DNA of 64,000 nt, taken from NCBI GenBank assembly GCA_964573055.1, contig CAZNIG010000018.1, positions 23,538-87,537 on the forward strand, given 5' to 3'. Positions 57,681-64,000 of the stretch are shown in pieces (positions within the stretch are counted from its first letter, which is position 1; each line of letters begins with the position of its first letter). The position numbers and the translations under genes are program-made. The notes under the pieces are model-generated. The model had not been told where the DNA came from. It did not search any database and was given only the letters and a program-made list of their open reading frames with translations. The DNA is from an uncultured Dehalococcoidia bacterium (GTDB lineage: Bacteria; Chloroflexota; Dehalococcoidia; Lucifugimonadales; UBA2985).

Positions 57681-58763
57681 GTGAATCATAGTAACCATAT
57701 AAAAACAAGTACCCCCCGGGCCTTTACCACAGTGCTAAGTATGCTGGCTTTAAGTATCGCGTTATTCGCTTGCACTAGCACCACCAGCACACCCACACCC
57801 CAAATAGTAGAGAGGATAGTTGAAGTTGAGAAAGACCCCGGCAATTTAGTCATTTATTCCGGTAGAGGGGAAAGCCTGGTTGATCCAATAATTCAACAAT
57901 TCAGGGAAGCCACTGGGATTAATGTATCTGTTAAATACGCCAAAACACCTGAGCTGGCAGCAACTCTCCAAGAAGAAGGGTCCAACAGTCCCGCAGATGT
58001 GTTCTTCGCACAGGATCCAGGTGGCCTTGGAGCAGTGGAGAATATGCTCGCAGAGCTACCTGACAACATAATCGCAATGGTGCCTGAATGGGCAAGTTCG
58101 CCAGAATCAAAATGGGTAGGCATTTCCGGTAGAGCCAGAACAGTAGTCTATAATCCTACCAAGTACAGCGAGAATGATTTACCAGATGATATCTGGGACT
58201 TTGTTGACCCCAAATGGGAGGGAAGGATAGGATGGGCCCCCACGAACGCTTCGTTCCAAACAATGATCACAGCCATGCGCTCGACTTGGGGTGAAGAAAA
58301 AACCCGAGACTGGATTGAGGGCATCCATGCAAATGGAGCGAAAATATATCCTAAGAATACCCCGCAAGTAGCTGCAGTTGCTGCGGATGAAATAGACGTA
58401 GGATTCGTGAACCACTACTACCTATTCAGGTTCCTAGCTGAAGAGGGAGATTCCTTCGCTGCTCGTAACTATCACCCTAGATCTGGCGGACCTGGAGCTG
58501 TAGTGATGGTCGCAGGCACAGGCATATTATCAACGTCGGAGAACCCTGAAAACGCAAAACTGTTTGTGGAGTTTATGTTATCGAAAGTAGCTCAACAATA
58601 CTTCGCAGGCCAGACCTTCGAGTATCCGCTGGTAGACGGTGTAAAAACCAGCAGAATACTTGTACCATTTGAGGATATCAACCATCCAAACATCGCTCTA
58701 AGTGACCTGACAGATAACAGTGGTACAGTTGAACTACTCAGAGAGACCGGAGTCCTCCCTTAG
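57681..58763 (+). CDS. Fe(III) ABC transporter substrate-binding protein (FbpA/AfuA-like)
   Basis: 360 aa with a GTG start and lipoprotein-like signal 'LSIALFACTS'. 'VIYSGRGESL' and 'FVNHYY' are typical of the iron-binding SBP family. Confidence 0.75.
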   Translation: MNHSNHIKTSTPRAFTTVLSMLALSIALFACTSTTSTPTPQIVERIVEVEKDPGNLVIYSGRGESLVDPIIQQFREATGINVSVKYAKTPELAATLQEEGSNSPADVFFAQDPGGLGAVENMLAELPDNIIAMVPEWASSPESKWVGISGRARTVVYNPTKYSENDLPDDIWDFVDPKWEGRIGWAPTNASFQTMITAMRSTWGEEKTRDWIEGIHANGAKIYPKNTPQVAAVAADEIDVGFVNHYYLFRFLAEEGDSFAARNYHPRSGGPGAVVMVAGTGILSTSENPENAKLFVEFMLSKVAQQYFAGQTFEYPLVDGVKTSRILVPFEDINHPNIALSDLTDNSGTVELLRETGVLP

Positions 58764-58823
58764 GATAATACAAATCACGAAATACACCCAAAGGTTATAT
58801 AGGGACAAGAATATCCCAAAGAT

Positions 58824-60422
58824 ATGAATATAGTAAATAGGCCCGGCATTATCCGCACAGGTAATGCCCCCAAGAGACTGAGCATTGCCGCAACCGTGAT
58901 AGTTGCGGCAATGCTTGTTCCTGTAATCTACCTCATAATCCGTACCATTGGCGTCGGATCAGAAATATTTGAACTCATATGGCGACAGCGGACGTTCGAG
59001 ATAGTCACAAACTCCATCCTCCTCATGTTAGCTGTTAGTTGCGCGTCTGTACTTATAGCCGTTCCAATCGGCTGGCTAACTACCAAAACAGATTTACCAT
59101 TCCGCCGCGCATTTTCAGTTGCTACAGTATTACCTCTAGTTATCCCTAGCTATGTAGGTGGATTCGTATTGGTAATAGCATTAGGCCCCAAAGGTATTCT
59201 TCAGGGATGGCTCTCCAATATAGGAGTAGAACGGCTTCCAGAAATCTACGGGTTTCCAGGAGCTATGCTAACCCTTACGCTTCTCACATATCCCTACGTT
59301 TTGCTACCGGTACGTTCAGCCCTCCAAAGATTAGACCCTTCGCTAGATGAAGCTTCTCATGCTCTTGGCAAGGGATCATACGAAACATTCTTACGTATTA
59401 CATTACCAATGTTAAGACCATCTATAGCCGCTGGTACCATCTTAGTAGCGCTATATACAATTAGCGATTTTGGAGCAGTATCACTCCTACACTATGAAAC
59501 ATTTACATGGGCGATATACATACAATATGGAAATTTTGCCCGAGATATGGCCGCGTCTCTTTCCTTAGTTCTGGTCGCAATAGCAATAAGTTTGCTTATA
59601 GCTGAGACCAGAACCCGCGGTAAAGCGCGATATTACCGGAATGCCACTGGACTGCCGCATCCGCACAAATTGATTCGCCTTGGTAGGTGGAAATGGCCAG
59701 CAATGGCCCTTTGTTCATCAGTTGTAATATTCTCCCTCCTGATCCCTATATCAGTGCTAGTTTATTGGGTGGTTCGCGGCCTAGCAGCTGGAGAACAAAT
59801 ATCCCTCCCCTGGGATCATATAGAAAACACGTTGTTTGTAGCAGTAGCTGCCGCACTAACAACCGTAATAGCCTCCATTCCTATAGCTATGCTTTCTGTA
59901 AGATACCCTAGTTACATATCCACCTTACTTGAAAGGCTCAGCTATGTAGGGTTTGCCCTTCCAGGGATTGTCGTAGCGTTGGCTATGGTATTTTTTGGTA
60001 TACGGTATGCTGCCCCGCTTTACCAAACCACAACTCTTTTAATCTTTGCATACATGGTGCTATTCCTACCCGCAGCGTTAGGCAATGTAAGAGCGTCCTT
60101 AGTTCAAATCAGTCCAGTAATCGAACAGGCGGCTCGAATTCTTGGCAAATCACCCTCTCAGGTGTTTACCACGATAACCCTACCTTTATTGATATCTGGC
60201 ATTCTGGCGGGGTCAATAATGGTATTTATGCTAACTATGAAAGAACTGCCCGCAACTCTTATACTCAGCCCAATAGGCTTCCAAACACTAGCCACTTCAA
60301 TCTGGTCGGCAACTGAAGATGTATTCTTCGCTAAGGCAGCAGCCCCGGCACTTCTAATGATATTATTATCATCTGTTCCAATGGGAATAATAGTTTGGCT
60401 CGGCAGAGAGGAAGTCTCTTGA
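58824..60422 (+). CDS. Fe(III) ABC transporter permease (duplicated BPD_transp_1 domains, FbpB-like)
   Basis: 532 aa with 12 TM helices and two EAA-like loops ('LDEASHALGKG', 'IEQAARILGKS'). Confidence 0.8.
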   Translation: MNIVNRPGIIRTGNAPKRLSIAATVIVAAMLVPVIYLIIRTIGVGSEIFELIWRQRTFEIVTNSILLMLAVSCASVLIAVPIGWLTTKTDLPFRRAFSVATVLPLVIPSYVGGFVLVIALGPKGILQGWLSNIGVERLPEIYGFPGAMLTLTLLTYPYVLLPVRSALQRLDPSLDEASHALGKGSYETFLRITLPMLRPSIAAGTILVALYTISDFGAVSLLHYETFTWAIYIQYGNFARDMAASLSLVLVAIAISLLIAETRTRGKARYYRNATGLPHPHKLIRLGRWKWPAMALCSSVVIFSLLIPISVLVYWVVRGLAAGEQISLPWDHIENTLFVAVAAALTTVIASIPIAMLSVRYPSYISTLLERLSYVGFALPGIVVALAMVFFGIRYAAPLYQTTTLLIFAYMVLFLPAALGNVRASLVQISPVIEQAARILGKSPSQVFTTITLPLLISGILAGSIMVFMLTMKELPATLILSPIGFQTLATSIWSATEDVFFAKAAAPALLMILLSSVPMGIIVWLGREEVS

Positions 60423-61477
60423 AAAATATAGCCGTTAAATGCAGTGGACTCACAAAATCATATACCGAGATGCCAGCTGTCCAAAATGTTGATATATCTC
60501 TCCATCAAAGCGATATATTGGCTTTACTAGGCCCTAGCGGTTGCGGCAAAACCACTGTTCTGAAACTTATTGCCGGCTTGGACACCCCGGAAACCGGCAC
60601 CGTGGAAATCGGCGGCAATATAGTCACAGATATTAATATCCAAGTTGGACCAGAAAAGCGAAAAGTTGGGATGGTTTTTCAAGAATATGCCCTCTTCCCT
60701 CATATGAACGTTTCAAAAAATATAGCCTATGGACTTCCACGTTCAGACCAACAACAGTCCATTGTAAAAAAAATGCTGAACCTAGTTAATCTTGATGGAA
60801 TGGGGGAGCGAATGCCTCATCAGCTATCTGGAGGGGAACAGCAGAGGGTGGCATTGGCCAGAGCGTTGGCGCCGGGACCACAAGTGCTTCTTCTAGATGA
60901 ACCGTTTTCTAATTTGGATGCCACTCTCAGAACTCAAATGCAACAAGAAACTCTCGAAATACTCAAGGCAAGTAATACTAGCACGATCTTCGTAACTCAC
61001 TCCCAAGAAGAAGCCATGATAATGGGAGATTATATTGCAATAATGAATCAAGGAAAAATAGAGCAAGTGGATACCCCTGCAAATATATTCCATTCCCCAA
61101 ACACGCGTTTTGTAGCGAGTTTTATTGGTGTGTCCACTTTCCTACCAGCGTACATTTCAAAGAACCACCTAATATCAGAGATCTGCTCTCAACCAGTTCC
61201 AGCAGAGGTGACAAAAGATAACAAAATTGAAATTATGCTGCGGCCAACAGATATTACGATAACCCCTTATGATTTGGGCCATGGCGTGATCACAAAAAAA
61301 ATTTTCCAGGGATCCTTCTATCTCTACGAAGTAGCTCTGTCATCTGGAGATACTATAAAATGCTCAGAGGTATATCCGTCTGATTATGAACTAGGTACCA
61401 GGGTAAATGTAGAGCCAATTAAAGGTAGGCCAGGTATCCTTTTTGTAGACGGACACACACTATATCCTAAAAGCTAG
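60395..61477 (+). CDS. Fe(III) ABC transporter ATP-binding protein (FbpC-like)
   Basis: 360 aa with Walker A 'GPSGCGKTT', signature 'LSGGEQQRVALARAL' and Walker B 'LLLDEP', plus a C-terminal TOBE-like domain. An alternative TTG start at 60419 overlaps the permease stop (TTGA). Confidence 0.85.
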   Translation: MARQRGSLLKNIAVKCSGLTKSYTEMPAVQNVDISLHQSDILALLGPSGCGKTTVLKLIAGLDTPETGTVEIGGNIVTDINIQVGPEKRKVGMVFQEYALFPHMNVSKNIAYGLPRSDQQQSIVKKMLNLVNLDGMGERMPHQLSGGEQQRVALARALAPGPQVLLLDEPFSNLDATLRTQMQQETLEILKASNTSTIFVTHSQEEAMIMGDYIAIMNQGKIEQVDTPANIFHSPNTRFVASFIGVSTFLPAYISKNHLISEICSQPVPAEVTKDNKIEIMLRPTDITITPYDLGHGVITKKIFQGSFYLYEVALSSGDTIKCSEVYPSDYELGTRVNVEPIKGRPGILFVDGHTLYPKS

Positions 61478-61597
61478 CATAAATGCAGTAAAGCAAAGTC
61501 CATTAAATTAACGGGGTACCCTTAAAGTACGAGGACAAGCACTAGAATGATAAATAATACCGAAGAAGTCACGAGCTACCAACGACCATACAATAAT

Positions 61598-62245
61598 CTA
61601 AATCGAAAAACCCTGAAATAACGATGGTTCGCCTTCGAAAGCCTTATACCCATCTTCCAAGCAAATGATATGATCGCTGTACCTCATTGCCATATCTACA
61701 TCATGGGTTACTATTACTAAAGTTTTACCCTTTCCTCTCATCTCTCTCAAAAGCTTGTAGAAGGCTTGTCTCGAGGCAAGATCCACAGAAGATAATGGTT
61801 CATCCATGATTACCAGATCCTTAGATTGAGCAAGGGCAAACGCCAACCAAGCCCTTTGCTGCTCACCAGCAGAGGCTTCAGCAAAACTTCGTTCGCTGAT
61901 ATGATCTATCCCGCACGTGACCAACAACTCTGCTGTGGCTAACTGTTTTTCTTTTTTGCTCAGGGTATGACCATAAAACCCGGTTTGAACTACTTCGGAA
62001 ATATTTACAAATGGAGGAGTTGCTAAGTTCTGTGGCAGATATGATATTTCGTCCACGTTTACTCTACTGATAACCCCACGGTACCCATCTAAATCTCCGG
62101 CTAGTACCCTTACCAATGTGGATTTACCAGATCCATTTGGTCCAACCAAACAAGTAAATGACTGATCAGGTATCCGAAGAGAGACATCTTTAAGGATAAC
62201 CACCCCTGATATCTCTACAGAAAGATTTTCAACAGTTATGTTCAT
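61598..62245 (-). CDS. iron-chelate/cobalamin-type ABC transporter ATP-binding protein (FecE/BtuD-like)
   Basis: 215 aa with Walker A 'GPNGSGKST', signature 'ASAGEQQRAWLA' and Walker B 'LVIMDEP'. Confidence 0.8.
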   Translation of the reverse strand: MNITVENLSVEISGVVILKDVSLRIPDQSFTCLVGPNGSGKSTLVRVLAGDLDGYRGVISRVNVDEISYLPQNLATPPFVNISEVVQTGFYGHTLSKKEKQLATAELLVTCGIDHISERSFAEASAGEQQRAWLAFALAQSKDLVIMDEPLSSVDLASRQAFYKLLREMRGKGKTLVIVTHDVDMAMRYSDHIICLEDGYKAFEGEPSLFQGFSI

Positions 62246-63213
62246 TTTATTTTCAGCGCCAGATATATCATCATTGGAGCACCCATAAGAGTTGTAACCA
62301 TCCCAACCGGCAATTCAACAGGCGCAAAAAGGAGTCTAGCCAATTGATCAGCAAGCACAGTCGCGAAAGCTCCTATCCAAACCGATCCAATAATAAGATT
62401 CCGTGGTGAATTACCAAATATCCATCTAGCAAGATGGGGAGACAATAGCCCAACAAAACCTATAACCCCACCCGCATACACTGAAGCGCCTGAAAGAGCG
62501 GCTGCCATGCCCATCGACAGAGATCTCGTTTTTATCGGGCTTACACCAAGAGACTTCGATAGGACATCCCCTAAAATAATTGGGTAAAATCTCTTGGCTA
62601 TGATCACTGATCCCACCATGCACAAGGCCAGAGTAGAACTCAAGTAGTAGACAGTCACCCAATTACTCGACGTGAACGAACCAGCGACTAGCCCGATAAC
62701 CTGAGTAGGAAAAACGCGTCCATGTGATATAACCGATGTGCCGATAGAGATAGTTAAAGCACCTACGGCCAGTCCTATAATTGCTATCTTAATCGGCCCA
62801 ATATTTTCCTTTGATATGAGGAAACTTAGAAAAGCTGCCACCAGAAGCGAAGATAGCACGGATCCCGCGAAAACCCCGAAGTTCGCCATGGTTACTACCC
62901 CGGCAGCAACCGCCGCCAGGAATATCGCAGCGCCCCCACCAATGCCGAAGAGGTTAGGATCGCCTAGAGGACTCCTTGTCGAAAGTTGTATTAGAACGCC
63001 AGCTAATCCCAAACAAGCACCAGTGAGCATGCTGACCAGCACTCTAGGAATCCGCATATCCCAGATTATTGTACTTAGCGCAGTATCACCAGATCTGCTC
63101 AGTGCATTCAGAACTTCCTGAATACTAGCATTCGCAGGCCCTGCGAACATTCCTATCAAAATTAGTAGTGCGCCAGCTATAAACAAGGCCACACATCTAA
63201 TTTTGACGTTCAT
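62242..63213 (-). CDS. FecCD-family ABC transporter permease
   Basis: 323 aa with ~9-10 TM helices and 'RSPLGDPNLFGIGGGAA', typical of the FecCD/BtuC family. It overlaps the ATPase gene by 4 nt. Confidence 0.8.
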   Translation of the reverse strand: MNVKIRCVALFIAGALLILIGMFAGPANASIQEVLNALSRSGDTALSTIIWDMRIPRVLVSMLTGACLGLAGVLIQLSTRSPLGDPNLFGIGGGAAIFLAAVAAGVVTMANFGVFAGSVLSSLLVAAFLSFLISKENIGPIKIAIIGLAVGALTISIGTSVISHGRVFPTQVIGLVAGSFTSSNWVTVYYLSSTLALCMVGSVIIAKRFYPIILGDVLSKSLGVSPIKTRSLSMGMAAALSGASVYAGGVIGFVGLLSPHLARWIFGNSPRNLIIGSVWIGAFATVLADQLARLLFAPVELPVGMVTTLMGAPMMIYLALKIK

Positions 63214-64000
63214 TTAAGGACTTTCTTTCGACAGCCTTTGCTTCAAAAATTCAACTGCATCAACTATCCTAGGACCTGGGGCCTGCAAGAACAGAGCAAC
63301 ATCAACTTCTATAACACCACCCGTTTGCATAGCTTTAAGCCCTGCGAACGGCGGTATAAAAGTCAGCGAAGTTGATAGCCTAGGCGCCGGCTCCGGAGCA
63401 GGGCTTATCGTTAATATTATATCAGGGTTTGCCATCAAAATGGACTCTGGCGACATCATTGCAAATCCCGGATAAGGCCCAGAATCCGGCAATCCAGCCG
63501 CTTTGTTTATCATCCCAAAAATATCAGTTATTAGTCCTGTATAAGACTCTGGCCTAGCAGCATAAAGGTTATTATCCTGATCAGATATTAGTATCAGAAC
63601 GCTTCTACCGTCGTCTCCCCCGACAGAGTTTATCCTGTTTTCTATATCTGCAACTCTTTCAGCAGCTGTCTCCTCTTCACCAATCAACCGGCCAATATTA
63701 GATACACCGCTCTTAATGTCATCAAGGGTCTCTGCCTTCACAGCCATGACACGAAGCCCGGTAGGCGCGAATATCTCGACAAACCTGGCCTGAGTCAACG
63801 CCTCGATTATTACCAAATCTGGTCTTTCAGCTAATATCGTCTCAATTGAAGGGTTGTATGCGCTCCCAACATCAGGTACTTCCATCACTTCTTCTGGAAA
63901 GTTCGATGCCCTATCTCTTAGAATTGATGTGCCGCCAGCTAGGTACAACATCTCTGTAGCGGTCGGGCTGATCGTCGCTATTCTCGTTGGCGATGATTCA
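63214..64000 (-). CDS. periplasmic binding protein (BtuF/FepB-type), 5' end beyond the window edge
   Basis: The frame stays open upstream of the Met at 63951 to the window end. It reads '...RIATISPTATEMLYLAGG', the typical N-terminal motif of this SBP family, so the gene is partial. Confidence 0.75.
   Translation of the reverse strand, partial: ESSPTRIATISPTATEMLYLAGGTSILRDRASNFPEEVMEVPDVGSAYNPSIETILAERPDLVIIEALTQARFVEIFAPTGLRVMAVKAETLDDIKSGVSNIGRLIGEEETAAERVADIENRINSVGGDDGRSVLILISDQDNNLYAARPESYTGLITDIFGMINKAAGLPDSGPYPGFAMMSPESILMANPDIILTISPAPEPAPRLSTSLTFIPPFAGLKAMQTGGVIEVDVALFLQAPGPRIVDAVEFLKQRLSKESP

Noticed and set aside
1-64000. A search by eye for tRNA, rRNA or tmRNA genes, CRISPR repeats, IS elements, integrases, toxin-antitoxin pairs and known defence-system genes.
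   Set aside because: No cloverleaf-like sequence, regularly spaced repeat, transposase or recombinase motif, or nuclease/ATPase defence architecture was recognised. Small ncRNAs cannot be excluded without covariance-model scans (tRNAscan-SE, cmscan).

Overview
This is a dense, mostly housekeeping chromosomal segment with about 62 supported CDS and short intergenic spacers. By eye it is moderately AT-rich. I recognised no rRNA, tRNA, CRISPR array, transposase or integrase, and all calls rest on motif recognition from the translations because no searches were run. Gene blocks in window order:
- **Translation and replication upkeep:** tsaB, ndk, rsfS, mnmA, rnhB, ftsH, recG, yloV, rpmB.
- **Arginine operon (minus strand):** argJ-argB-[UPF0182 membrane protein]-argD-argG-argH-rpe.
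- **Adenosyl and SAM by-product recycling:** pncB, then apt-HAD-mtnA-mtnP-rhodanese-adenosine kinase-ahcY-metK.
- **Hexose-phosphate and NDP-sugar block.**
- **Futalosine menaquinone genes:** mqnE-mqnA-mqnC.
- **Thiol-redox genes:** a TlpA-like protein, a mycothione-reductase-like flavoprotein and gnd.
- **Transporters.**
- **Redox neighbourhood:** a thioredoxin-like gene, two hemerythrin-like genes, etfBA and a mycoredoxin-like gene.
- **Iron locus:** a DtxR-family regulator flanked by an EntS-like MFS transporter and two ABC uptake systems.

Several families present (UPF0182, SCO1664 plus DUF3090, Mtr-like, mycoredoxin-like, futalosine pathway) suggest a Chloroflexota- or Actinobacteria-like lineage, but this is inference only.

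The strongest hidden signal is a probable selenocysteine-recoded gene at 49715-50191. The ORF track stops at an in-frame TGA that sits exactly at the first Cys of a thioredoxin CxxC motif, giving U-L-A-C. The frame stays open for 76 more codons encoding the rest of a thioredoxin fold. A SECIS-like hairpin lies 19 nt downstream of the UGA, with its apical loop starting 26 nt downstream.

Other items worth a second look:
- an orphan CcmE with a Cys (CPSKY) heme-binding motif;
- a kinase-like SCO1664 plus DUF3090 pair;
- a GreA with a ~117-aa N-terminal extension;
- a UPF0182 gene translationally coupled inside the arginine operon;
- a structured leader upstream of ahcY-metK;
- a 32-nt near-perfect palindrome upstream of mqnE.
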